Positions 14,129-26,690 of a stretch of DNA of 64,000 bases are shown piece by piece (positions within the stretch are counted from its first letter, which is position 1; every line of letters begins with the position of its first letter). The stretch is from Octopus vulgaris (lineage: Eukaryota): the NCBI GenBank assembly GCA_951406725.2, contig OX597827.1, positions 25,296,001 to 25,360,000 on the forward strand, given 5' to 3'. Under the pieces are notes generated by a model. The model was not told the DNA's origin. It was given only the letters and a program-made list of their open reading frames with translations, and did no database searches. The position numbers were made by a program, and so were the translations under genes.

Positions 14129-14172
<44 letters not shown>

Positions 14173-14189
14173 TTGTATTTATATATATA

Positions 14190-14435
14190 CTCTTTTATTT
14201 GTTTCAGCCATTTGACTGCAGTCATGCTGGAGCACCACCTTTAGTCGAACAAATCGACCCCAGGACTTATTCTTTGTAAGCCTAGTACTTATCTTATCGG
14301 TCTCTTATGCCGAACCGCTGTTACGGAGGCGTAAACGCACCAACATTGATTATCAAGCGATGGTGGGGAGACACACAGACACAGAAACACACACGCACAC
14401 ACACACTCAGACACACACACTCAGACGCACACACA

Positions 14436-14481
<46 letters not shown>

Positions 14482-14578
14482 CGACGAGGTTCTTTCAGTT
14501 TCCGTCTACCAAATCCACTCACAAGACTTTGGTCGGCCTAAGGTTGTAGCAGAAGACACTTGCCCAAGGTGCCACGCA
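14190..14578 (-). mobile_element. SINE family B with internal (CA)n
   Basis: Matches the other family B copies. Confidence 0.88.
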
Positions 14579-14584
14579 CACACC

Positions 14585-14651
<67 letters not shown>

Positions 14652-14739
14652 CCGGCAGAATCACCGTTAACAATGCTATCCTTATTATTGATATTAAGTT
14701 CTCCCTCTTTACTAACATTAACTCAATATACGAGATCCC

Positions 14740-15007
14740 CCTCCTTACCAGTAGAATCATGACCATTACATTCCGCCACCTCCACCGCTACCGCCAACAT
14801 CACTACCACTAACGTACCACAGGCTACCACTGCCGATACCATCGACATAACTACCACCACCAACACCGTCTTCACTGCAATCAAAACGTCCAACTGAACT
14901 ACCACCACCACCACCACCACTACCACCACCACCACCACAATCACTACCACTACTATTACTGCTGCTGCTGCTACAACTACTGCTACTATTACTGCAGCTG
15001 CTACCAT

Positions 15008-15040
<33 letters not shown>

Positions 15041-15480
15041 AGTTACTGAAACCGTTACTATCACCGCGACCATCAGTAGAAACAACACTATCACCTCTAC
15101 AACCACCTATACGGACGCTATTATTACAATAATCACGAACCACTGTGACCCATACCACACCCACCACCACCACCACCACCACCACCTATGCCAATACCGC
15201 CGCCACCACCAGCTCCACCACCATAGTCCCTTTATCAAAGCCAACTCCATTACTATCACCACAACCATCGATACCAACAACACCCGCCTCCCCACAACCA
15301 CCGTTACTACTGACATCTATGCCACCAACACAAGCAGTACTACCACCACCAGCACCACCACCACAACAACAACAATACACAACTACCACCACCACCACCA
15401 CCATCACCACCACAACTATTACCACTACCGCCGCTATCATTAAAATCAACACTACCAGCAGCAGCAGCAGCAGTAGCAGG
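14740..15480. repeat. Degenerate (CAC/ACT)n low-complexity tract
   Basis: Mixed ACC/ACT/GCT triplets giving Thr/Pro/Val-rich ORFs in several frames. Confidence 0.85.
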
Positions 15481-16231
15481 CGTAATTGTCCCTCTCGGGT
15501 AAGTTGCATAGGCTTCCTGTTTATGCCATTAACCCTATCTTTTGGTCATCTCCACCCTAGCAAGGAGGAAAAAAGAAAGAGAAAAACAAACGGAAAAAGA
15601 AAAAAACCTGCTCGATTCGAAGAATTCTTCCTTGTCCTCGCCATTAATTGTTCTTCGTAGTTTCTTCAAATTCTGTCCCTTCTCGTTTTGTCTGTCTGTT
15701 TGTCTTTCTGTCTGTCTGTATGTCTGTCTGTCCGTCTCTCTCTCTCACTGTATATTTCTCTCTGACCCTTTTCCCCTACTCACTCAGTGTTCCTGCTCGT
15801 TTATATTCCCTCTCTTGCTTCCCTCCTACTCTTTCTCTCACTCTCATCTTTATGTCTGTCCGTCTGTCTGCCTCTCTCTCTCTTTCTCGCTCTTACTTCT
15901 CTCTATCGCTTTCTCAGTTCCTTCTTTTGCTTTGTTTCATTGTCTGTCTCTCTCTCTTACTCTCTCTCTCTCTCCCACCCAGGCCCTTACAAAAGTTATA
16001 TACAAACAACACCACACATCTCATTTATTTCCAAGAATCTCTTAACATTACACATATGCCACAACATGTCTTCTTCCACAGTCAAACCGACCGGAAGGCA
16101 TCTACGTGGTTCCACGACCTACTAAAAATGTTAACCAAATATTCCTTAACACCTTACTGAATATAGAAAGCGGGAAGAGATTTCAAACGATGTAATTCCG
16201 TTGAGCTTTGCTCTTGTAGCAACAAATGAAC

Positions 16232-17580
16232 CAGTGGATTTCAATAGGGGTCAGTATGAGATTTTGGGTGTCTACTCAAGCAAGATTCGGGATTACAGTA
16301 ATATTTCAAGGATTAATGAAAAATATGTTGTTTTGGGGCCCCGCATGAGATTTTGGGCGTCTATTTAAGCAAGATAGAAAACTGGAGACCCACAGTAATA
16401 TTTCAAGGGTTCACGAAAAAATGTTTTGCTGTAAGAAACAGCTACGTTTCTTTCCCTTACATTTTACATAATTTAACATGCTTACTATGACTGAAACATG
16501 TTCCCAAGAGAGCGCAGATTTAGGATCTTGTTGGTTTGGCTCCCAGCATCAATTCTGTCCAAATTGATTTCATATTCAGTGTAATGATACACTAATTAAT
16601 AAGCTAATTAATGACGTGAAAGTAATTTTTGCTATAAATCAATAAATAAAAAAGTTATTTGTAATTAAGTTTTGAAAATTTTGGTAATTTTAGCCAATCA
16701 TACGCCACAGACATATCCATGCCTCTTTCGATAGTAAGGAGCGGAACATGAGAACTGTTGCCATAGTAACAATCTTTGAAAAGTCTTTTATCTGCAAGGA
16801 AATCTGCGAAGAATTTGACGCTGTGTTCTGTGTGATTATGGCAGCAGGTTCCAGAAACTTTGCTTCAATTAAAATTGAAAACAGAGGAGGATACTATGTC
16901 GTACCTTCTAGAAAATGGTGTTATACCCGAAAGAAAATGTTTGTTTATTAAGCATATCTAAATTGTAATTAAATATATTTAAATTGTAACGTGTTCATCG
17001 CATTTGCACTAAATATCTATTGGATGCTTAAATGTTAGTTTATTCGTTTCTTTTCGTCATTGAGCATCGAAGTGGTGGTTGTGAGGTGTGCTAAAATAAC
17101 AGCTAAATAAGATATTTTGGATAAATCTTTTTAATTAACAAACATTTATTTAGATGAAAGAAAATTACCGGAGCCATAACGCGTGTTATTTTACAAATAT
17201 CGGCAACACGTGCTATTTTCAGGATGTTGACAATAAAATGTGCAGTCACGAACAAAAGGACAGCTTCCAAATCCTGTTTCTTGACTGGGTGAAAATGATT
17301 AAATTTTAAACCTCTATAACTTTTTTAAAACATTTTTCTGGAAAAAATGAAGTAACTCCAGCATATCAGTTTGTGCTAAATTAAAAAATTTTCGGTAAAC
17401 TTTAATTTTTGAAATGCTGGCATCCAAACCGAAGAGCAAAGGCTTGGAAAACAAAATAGAAATTTTGAAAGATGTATCCATAAAACTAATTTTTAAACAT
17501 CGAATGGCAATGGGGTTCCAGCAAAACAAAATAGCAATCAAAGGTGTCCATAGGTTTAAAAAAATGGTTGAGGACAACTG
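16232..17580. mobile_element. hAT-type non-autonomous DNA element with a probable nested insertion
   Basis: Termini cagtggatttcaa / ttgaggacaactg; 8-bp flanks aaatgaac (16224-16231) and aactgaac (17581-17588) match at 7/8. Confidence 0.6.
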
Positions 17581-17665
17581 AACTGAACACTTTTCTCATT
17601 GAATTATAGCAAAGTTGACTGAGTATTCCACAGAATCGTGTACTCTAAACGTAATCCTCTAGTAT

Positions 17666-17994
17666 AAGGAGTGGCTGTGTAGTAAGAAGCTTGCTTCTCA
17701 ACCATATGAGTCTGGGTTCAGTCCCACTGCGTGGCACTTTTGCCAAGTATCATCTACTATACACTCGGACCGATTAATGCCGTCTTCTTTTAGCTGTTAG
17801 CTGGGGCACCACGTTGAAGAATTTTTAGTTCAACAAATCGATCCCAGTACTTTTTTTTTTCAAGTCTGGGACTTATTCTGTCGGTTTCTTTTGCCGAACC
17901 GCTAAGTTACAGGGAGGTAAACACACCAACATTGGTAGTCAAGCGGTGATAGTGGACAAACACAGATACGCACGCGCACACACTCACATACACA

Positions 17995-18041
<47 letters not shown>

Positions 18042-18140
18042 GCGAATATACGACAAGCTTCTTTCAGTTTCTCTGTACCAAATCTGCACGCAAGGCTTTG
18101 GTTGGCGCGAGGCTATAGCAGAAGACACTTGCCCAAGGTG
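17666..18140. mobile_element. Two family B SINE fragments in opposite orientation
   Basis: + head aggagtggctgtgtagtaagaagcttgc (17666-17780) followed by a - copy (17800-18140). Confidence 0.8.
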
Positions 18141-18560
18141 TAACATCACAACAAGCTCGTGTAACTTGACTGCTTCTAGTAACACAGTTATAATTTTCGC
18201 AAATTCCCTCTATCTTGTAACACAATAATCTGTTGTGACACACAGCTAACTCTTGTAACTCGACCACTACTTCTTGTAACACAACTATATTTTTTGCAAC
18301 ATTACAATATCCTGTAACAATAATCTGTTGTGACACAACTACCTCTTGTAATTTGTCTACTTTTTGTAACAAAACTAGATTTTTGTAAAACACAGCTATA
18401 TTTTTTGTAACATCACTATATCCTGTAACACAATAATCTGTAATGACACACAACTACCTCTTGTAACACAACTGCATTTTTTGTAACTTGCCTTCTTGTA
18501 ACAACTATATTTTTTTGTAACATCATTATATCCTGTAACACAATAATCTGTTGTGACACA
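18140..18560. repeat. Degenerate minisatellite (tgtaacacaataatctgttgtgacacacaactacctct units)
   Basis: The unit core recurs at ~18216, ~18313, ~18424 and ~18534. Confidence 0.8.
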
Positions 18561-19359
18561 TTAAATATCACACTTCGTTCACTTACCAATATCAACAGAA
18601 CACTGAACATCGTCACAAAAACAACCTCACGATCGGCATCTCCCCAATCCTCCACCCCTTCTCCTTGTCATCATCGTTGTCATTGTCATCATCATCATCA
18701 TCGTCTATAGAAGACAACCATTTCCATCGTGTACTCACTAACACCACAATCAGCGAACACTACCGCCACCACAACGACGACCGCAACGATGACGACGACA
18801 ATGATGATGATGATGTTGATGATGATGATCATGGCGATGAAGCTATGAAGTAAACACGAACACAAAAGAAACCGAACCAGACTAAACCAAATCTAGAGAT
18901 GTGTAGGGGGTGGCGGCGGCGGCGGTGGTGGTGGTGGGGATTGTGTTGAGCTGTAAAAGTGTAGAGAACTGGTTCGAGGCGAAGAGGTTTTGTGTCTGAC
19001 AACAGCAGAAGTTGCGGCTAATAAAAACGGTGAAGATAAGATAACAATAACATCAGACCAACAAGCCACAAGAAATCAAGAGGGATGGCGGTGGGGGAGA
19101 GGGGACGAGGAGGAGGCGGAGAAGAAGAAAGAGAAGAGGAAAAAGAAGAAGATGATGATTAGGACGATGTTGATGAAGATGGTGTTGGTGATGAAGATGG
19201 TTTAGATGAAGGTGAAAACGAAGTTGTAAGTAGTAGTAGTAGTAGTACTACTACTACTACTAGTGGAAAGAGAAGAACGGTGACGAAAATGATGATAGTA
19301 AAGAGAATAAGAAGTCGATGATGATGATGATGGCGATCAAGAAATAAAGAGAAAGAAGA

Positions 19360-19477
19360 AGATGAAGAAGAAGAAGAAGGAGAAGAAGAAGAAGAAGAAG
19401 AAGAAGAAGAAGAAGAAGAAGAAGAAGAAGAAGAAGAAGAAGAAGAAGAAGAAGAAGAAGAAGAAGAAGAAGAAGAA
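19360..19477. repeat. (AAG)n microsatellite
   Basis: Direct inspection. Confidence 0.97.
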
Positions 19478-20472
19478 ATGCTGAATGAAGAAAGAAAAAC
19501 AGAAAAAAAAATTGGTTTGGCGGTGGTGACGGGGGAGAGGATCCGGGCAGAAGAAATGGTTTCCTTTGTTCTGTAGAACTTGCAAATTCTGGAAGGATGA
19601 CAGCTATGTCAGAAAGGTGAACGAGACGTGCTGGCTTTCATGCCTACAGGACACTACTGTGTGTCACTGACGTTTTATTTGGTGGGCCTCTTACCGTTTT
19701 GTTTTTACAAGGAATACGGAGTTGTTGGAGGTTTGGATGTATGTCTGTACGGCTTTCGATCTGTTTGTGTATAAGTCTGGCGTGGCAAAGTTTCCCTTTT
19801 GTGTGTGCGTTTGTGTGTGTGTGTGTTGTCATTATGTTTGAATGTGTTTATGCGTATGTGTGCGTTGCATGTGTATATTTTCGCATGCCAGTATCTCTTC
19901 GTATGTCTTAATATGTTTGTGCGAGTGTATGGTTTAGAAAGTACGTGGGTGTGTTTCTTTCTGTGTGTGTATGTGTGTGTGTGTGTGTATCTGTGTTTGT
20001 GTGTCTGTGTGTATATCTATGTGTATGAGAGTAAATATGTATCTAAATACCTGTGTTTCTGTGTGTACGTGCGTGTTTGTGAGGGTGTAGCTGTCTTTGT
20101 ACGTATTTGTGTCCACGACTGCGTATTTGTGTGTATAAACCTGTTTTATGAGAGTAAATATGAAACTAAATGTCTGTGTGTGTATGTGTGTGCACTTCTC
20201 AAGACAAGACAATAAGAAGTACAAGTTAGAGAGGATTGATAAGAGAAAGGCCGGAAAGGAAAGAAAATAACAAAAGGCAAAAACTACAAAAATATACAAA
20301 CAAATGAATAAATAAATAAACAGAGGCAGTCTATAGAAGTTTCTGGTTGAAGAAAAGAGCGAGTAGAAGCCGACAGAATGCTGATGAAGTGTTTAAAGAA
20401 TTGAGTGGGTGGGGAGGGGGAGGTGTTGGTGAAGATGGTGGTGGCCATGATGATGATGCCGACGACGACGAC

Positions 20473-20512
<40 letters not shown>

Positions 20513-20566
20513 ATTTGCCACAAGGACAAAGAAAATACGAAGCATTTCATTACTGTATCGAAGACA

Positions 20567-20627
<61 letters not shown>

Positions 20628-20628
20628 T

Positions 20629-21186
20629 AAATGCCCTGATGCAGTACCAGGCAGTGGCTCTCATGGCTGCTGATCTTAACTGATTGAAAGTGTTTTCATG
20701 TACATTGTTTTGTCTTGGTATAAAAGATTGGCTACAGCAAATATTCTGTTCAATACCACAGATTTGCTTGTCAGTTGTTTGACCTTAACCAGTTGAGCAT
20801 GTCCCTTAGTGGCTGACGATGTGTGCATCTCTGATCACGAGCAGAAGTAGTGGGGCAGCATCATAGCCGTGTGTTGAAAGGAATTCTTAGAAGTTTGGAT
20901 AATTCACATTTGGAAACATGGGTGGTTCGTTCAATATCCTTAAACAATCATTATTCAGGGACCTTTTGAGTGGGATGTGTTACTCGACCAGAAGAAAATT
21001 CTAACTGAGCTCCACCTGCAAGGTCATGTGCTGTTTATCATGATATGAGATCACCATGTTGTGCACATATGGTTGTGATGCATGTGCCTAGTGTACACTT
21101 ATCAGACGGATAGTCATGATGGCTATACTGGGCTTCGTATATTTTACCCCAGTGTCACTTTGATAGCATGCACTGCTCTCTCACTC
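20629..21186 (+). mobile_element. ~560-bp non-coding element embedded in (TAA)n; putative Dong/R4-dependent non-autonomous element
   Basis: (TAA)n on both sides; collinear with the reverse complement of 48600-49177; 3' end resembles the Dong 3' UTR. Confidence 0.85.
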
Positions 21187-21242
<56 letters not shown>

Positions 21243-21256
21243 TGATGATGATGATG

Positions 21257-21329
<73 letters not shown>

Positions 21330-21353
21330 GGATCTTTTCTAAAAGATGGACAG

Positions 21354-22150
21354 AATTTTCTACTTAACTAAATAATTTGAAACTTCATATACTGGTAGAA
21401 TGTATCAAAAGAAAACATTAATTTCAATTAGTTTTTTTGGGAAAAATGTATTTTGTAACTTTTACGTAGTTTAATTCTTCGAATTTTAACCAATCGTATT
21501 CTCTGTTTTGACCTCAATTCATTTGCTGCCCTGTTATTCGTCCTTATCCATGTCTTCTGTCTTCTGTCTTCAAAGGCTTCTCGCATGTTTATTTCAATGT
21601 CATCCCTGACTTACGGAACGATTACTTGTGTGAGTGTGTGTTTGTTGTGTATGTGTGTGCGTGTGTGTGTTTGTTGTGTGTGTGTGTGTTATTGTTGTGT
21701 ATGTGTGTGCGTTTGTGTGTTTGTTGTGTGTGTGTGTGTGTTATTGTGTGTATGTATGTGTGTGTGTTATTGTTGTGTATGTTTGTGTGTTTGTTGTATG
21801 TGTGTGTGTGTTATTGTTGTGTATGTGTGTGTGTTTTTGTTGTGTATGTGTGCATGTGTGTGTGTCTTTTTGTTGTGCATGTGTGTGTGTGTGTGTTTTT
21901 TGTTGTGTATATGTGCGCGTGTTGTGTATCTCTTAAATCGATGAATTTCGTCGCCCAATAAAAATATTAACGATATTTTTTGAACTTTGATATCGTTAAT
22001 ATTTTATGATATCGTTAAAATTCGAAGAATTAAACTACGTAAAAGTTACAAAATATATTTTTCTCAAAAAAACTAATTGAAATTAATAATTTCTTTTGAC
22101 GCATTCTACCAGTATACGAAGTTTCAAATTATTTAGTTAAGTAGAAAATT
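21354..22150. mobile_element. Foldback/MITE-like element with ~137-bp terminal inverted repeats
   Basis: 21354-21490 is the reverse complement of ~22015-22150 with few mismatches; GT-rich minisatellite inside; no clear TSD. Confidence 0.75.
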
Positions 22151-22196
22151 TTAAGCATTTCGTCCAGCGTGCTAACGATTCTGCCAGCTCGCCGCC

Positions 22197-22259
<63 letters not shown>

Positions 22260-24028
22260 GTAATAATAATAACAGCAACAACAAAAATAAATGCAACAAC
22301 GGAGGTGGAGAGGGAGGAGAAGTAGTAGCAGGAGCATGAAAAGGAGCCGGAGAAGACATCAAACCGGATTAAAAAACAGGACATACATAACCCTTAAAAT
22401 CGTTAAAACTTCAAAAGACTAAACTTTACAAAAATGTTTTGCCCTTTACGTTGTTTTACATTAAACAGGTAAAGAAGAAAATTTGAAGAACCTCAATATT
22501 GCAGAACAGTATGTTAAGCAGCGCAGTGATTAACTGGTGAGGTAATAGTAATGATTAAAAAAAAAGGTGTACATTTACCCAATCCAATATTATCGGATTT
22601 CCAAGCCCCTTGTAAGTAATCAAGCTCTGAAGTCTGGAACGACTCCTTGTGATCTCAGTGTCGTGATGTTGATACAGTCTTGAAAGCCCAGAAATCCCTG
22701 ATTTTTCAACAGAAAGCGCGGAGGCTTGAAATGTAGAAGAATACCATTTGATGGCAGAGTAAAACCATGCGGCCCGGTTGAATGATTCCACGTTTGTATT
22801 TGAAAATCCTGATTACATTCATTGGATGTAAGCTTCTACAGAGACAATGGTGTGTGTCTTCTACAAAATATATCTGGACAGAATATTGATAAAATAAGAG
22901 GTACTCGAAGGAACGAGGAAGGCATGATATTACCCTAATTACTAATATAATGGCGGCGAACTGACAGAATCGTTAGAACGCCGGGTAAAATGCTTAGCAG
23001 CATTTCCTCCGTCCTCACGTTCTGAGTTCAAATCCCGTCGAGATCGACTTTGTCATTCATTCTTTCGGAGTTCGATAAAGTAAGAACTAGTTGAGTATTG
23101 AGGTCGATGTAATCGACTCCCCCACCCCCAACCATGCCCGAAGTTGCTGGCCCGAAGTTGCTGGCCGAAATTTGAAACCGATATTGCTGGGCGTCATCGC
23201 AGATCTCAACAGTACAAACCATACAGAAAACAAAACTGGTTTCAAATTTTGGTAAAAACGCAGCAGTATCGGAGAGAGAAGGTAAATGGATTGCGTCAGC
23301 CCCCATCCCATCAAGTGCTCAACTGAGACTTATCGACCCCGAAAGGATGAAAGGAAAAGTCGACCTCGGTGTAATTTGAACTCGAAACGTAAAGGCAGAC
23401 GAAATGCCGCCAAGTAGGGTATAAAAATGTATACCAACTGTGCTAGAAAGAAGAGTCAAGATGGGCGTAAGTGCTTAGCACTGAAGGTGAAATCAATTGA
23501 TACTGAGATGACAACTTTTCCTTGTGTTTTTGAAAAGGTAGGAGTTTTTTTTATTTTATATTCGCAACAGTAACCGTGCATGTTTTGTTTATAGTGAGAA
23601 ATATGTGGCTTTGGAGAGTTGACTCTTCTTTCTCGCACAGCTGGTACATATTTTTTATACACTAAATTTATATATATTTATGTAGCGGATATTTTAAATT
23701 TAATCATTTATGGTAGACCTAACTGAAGAGAACCAATCAGATTTACGTTAATACACGTTTTCTGAATAGTTTGAAACTCGAGTATTAGGTTCTCCATTGC
23801 TCTAGCGTTCTCCCTAGAGGTAAGAGAAAGTTTTTTTTTTATATATTCGCCGCCCGCACACATCTCTGCCTCTATACATTCAGCGAAGCTTTACCTAGCG
23901 CCGAACGGTTATCGACTGCTATTTCCAGCAAATAATGGTATTTCGTGTACCATTACATCACACACACACACATATATATGTGTGTGTGTATTTATATAAC
24001 AGAAAATTAAAGAGTCTATTTTATCTTT

Positions 24029-24246
24029 TGAGCTGACAGAATCGTTAGCATGCTGGACGAAAATGCTAAGCAGTATTTCGTCTGTCGGTACATTCTGTGT
24101 TCAAATTCCGCCGAGGTCGACTTTGCCTTTCATTCTTTCGGGGTCGATTAAATTAGTACCATTTCGCACTGGGGTCGATGTAATCGACTTAATCCCTCTG
24201 TCTTTGTCCCATCTATGTTTAACCCCTTATAGGCAATAAAGAAATA
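24029..24246 (+). mobile_element. SINE family A with Tx1-like tail
   Basis: Head and body, ending aaccccttataggcaataaagaaat. Confidence 0.88.
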
Positions 24247-24252
24247 AGTTAA

Positions 24253-24320
<68 letters not shown>

Positions 24321-24582
24321 CAATTAAGGACAACTACTTAATAAGGAAAACTTAACAAGAAATTGTCAGGTAGATAGCGTAAAAACCTCATAAGAGAAAA
24401 AATTTCGAAAATAATTATTTCTTATTGAACATATTAATTTATATATAGAGGGCATTATAAATACATGCCAGAAGGCATTATACATACATGCCAAACGCTA
24501 AGAGGGACAATTAGTCATTTCTACCAAAAATATTACTAATCCCACCGAATGCAATTTTTCAAAGTAAGACATTTAAAAATAT

Positions 24583-24630
24583 AGACCTGTATCACAGTGA
24601 TTTCATACTTACGTACTCATCAGCAGGCCT
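24583..24630 (-). ncRNA. Type I hammerhead ribozyme motif
   Basis: Exact reverse complement of 25010-25057. Confidence 0.85.
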
Positions 24631-25009
24631 GAATGCATTATAAATAAACAACGACCCTGCCCCCTTAAGTCGATCAGCTAACTGTTCAACATCAACGAAG
24701 CACATGGGTGAGTTTACATATATTACATCCGGTCAAATGGCGAACTTTTTACGAATTGCATTTCGGGAGAGGAAAAGTTTTTTCGGAATAAAAATTTAGC
24801 AATTAAGGACAACTACTTATTAAGTAGTTGTCCTTAATTGCTAAATTTTTATTCCGTAAAAACTTTTCCTCTCCCGAAATGCAATTCGTAAAAGTTCGCC
24901 ATTTGACCGGATGTAATATATGTAAACTCACCCATGTGCTTCGTTGATGTTGAACAGTTAGCTGATCGACTTAAGCGGGGCAGGGTCGTTGTTTATTTAT
25001 AATGCATTC

Positions 25010-25057
25010 AGGCCTGCTGATGAGTACGTAAGTATGAAATCACTGTGATACAGGTCT
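25010..25057 (+). ncRNA. Type I hammerhead ribozyme motif
   Basis: AGGCCUG-CUGAUGA-GUAC GUAA GUAU-GAAA-UCAC U GUGA-UA-CAGGUCU: 7-bp stem I, intact core, GNRA-capped stem II, near-palindromic stem III, AUA cleavage triplet. Confidence 0.85.
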
Positions 25058-25789
25058 ATATTTTTTAAATGTCTTACTTTGAAAAATTGCATTCGGTGGG
25101 ATTAGTAATATTTTTGGTAGAAATGACTAATTGTCCCTCTTAGCGTTTGGCATGTATGTATAATGCCTTCTGGCATGTATTTATAATGCCCTCTATATAT
25201 AAATTATATATATATATATATATATGTAAATGACAGTAGTCTCTGTCTACCAAATCCACTCACAAGCTTTTGGTTGGCCCGAGGCTATTGTAGAATATAT
25301 TTGCCCAAGATGCCACGCAGTGGGACTGAGCCCGGCACCACGATATTTTATTACAAAGATTTCTGCTTCGTGAAGACTTGGTGCTACTAGATGTACTTTT
25401 AAAAGATGAAGTGCTGTTACAAGAGACAAGACAGTGACAAAAGCTAGTGGAGTTTCAAGCTATAGGATTGTGTGTTACGAGAGACAGTTGCAATGGTTCA
25501 GCGAAAAGTTACGGTGGTCTGTTTGTTGTGTTGTCGATGGTGGGGTTCAAAATGGCTTCAGTGACAGTCATTTAAAGAGTGGTGATAATGGGAAAAGTAG
25601 TAGCGGTGCTGGTAAGAATGTTGTTGATTGGAGTTATGTTAGCGGTGGTGGTGGTGGTGAAGATGGCAGTGGCTGTGATGGCTGTTATTTAGGGAGTGTT
25701 GATGAGGGCAAGAATGGTGGTGTTGTGGTTTGTGGTGGCGAAAATGATTATAAAGGTAGACGTGGCAGTAGCAGCAGTTATTTAGTGGC

Positions 25790-26690
25790 GATTGGATAAC
25801 AGTGGAGGCGGTGAAGGTGGTAGTGGCTGTTGAGGTGGGGATTATACAGGTGGTGAAAGTGGCGGCGGGGTTAGTGATGTTTGTGACGGTAGTGGTAGTG
25901 GTTGTAGTGGTTAGTGGTTGTGATAGGTTTTAGAGATGATGGTGGTGCTGGTTGTGGTGATAACTGTGGTTGAGGCTGTATAAAAATGTGGGTGGTGTTG
26001 GTGATAGCAGTGGCAGTGATGGAGGGATGCTGATGGCAATAGTAGTGGTTGTAGTAGTGGTGGGTTCAGTGGCAGTTGCAGTAATTGCGGTGTGGGCGGT
26101 AGTGGAGTTAGCGGTTGTTGTGGTCGCACTTGTCTCGGTCACGATGACAAGAAATGGTGGTTGAAGTTTTGGTAGGAATGGTAGCCTGGAAGCTATTTGG
26201 TTGCAGTGGTGATAATTCTTGATGTAGTAGTAGTGGTGGTGGTAGTAGTGGTGGTGGTAATAGTGGTGGTGGTAGTAGTGGTGGTCGTAGTAGTGGTGGG
26301 GGTAATAGTGGTGGTGGTAGTAGTGGTGGGTAATAGTGCTCGTGGTAGTAGTGGTGGTGGTAGTAGTGGTGGTGGTATAGTGGTGGTGGTAATAGTGGTG
26401 GTGGTAGTAGTGGTGGGGTAATAGTGGTGGTGGTAGTAGTGGTGGTGGTGGTAATAGTGCTCGTGGTAGTAGAGGTGGTGGTAGTAGTGGTGGTGGTAGT
26501 AGTGGTGATGACGGTAGTGACGTAATTGTCTTGGCCGCGATGACAGTCGTTTAAGACATGGAACTCTAAGTTCAATACCAATAAATAAAAGTTGCCATGT
26601 TGTTATTGTGGCTGTCGTTATTGTTGGAGTTGTTGTTGTTGTTTTTGTTGTTGTTGTTGTGGTAGTAGTAGTAGTGGTGGGGTTAGGTGT
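25790..26690. repeat. Degenerate (GTG/GTA)n low-complexity tract
   Basis: Direct inspection. Confidence 0.85.

Larger units (their letters stand above)
24318..25206. mobile_element. TA-flanked palindromic element (Penelope-like pseudo-LTR/retrozyme-like)
   Basis: Arms ~24435-24819 and 24821-25206 are near-perfect inverted copies; 23-nt direct repeat at 24318-24340 and 24797-24819; a hammerhead motif in each arm. Confidence 0.8.

Noticed and set aside
14723-15660. Thr/Pro/Val-rich ORFs resembling mucins
   Set aside because: Open in several frames on both strands because of triplet low complexity; no domain or splice support.
18140-18560. CRISPR-like array
   Set aside because: Degenerate tandem units without unique spacers, in eukaryotic context.
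20760-20835. Possible HDV-like ribozyme in the 560-bp element (gtc ccttagt ggc as P3/L3)
   Set aside because: No GG for P1.1 and no convincing P2/P4; a simple hairpin explains the pairing. The 5' ctgatgc is also not a hammerhead core.
22555-22830. Possible minus-strand exon ending near gg|gtaaat
   Set aside because: Unique-looking sequence but no recognisable protein or clear acceptor, so it cannot be supported.
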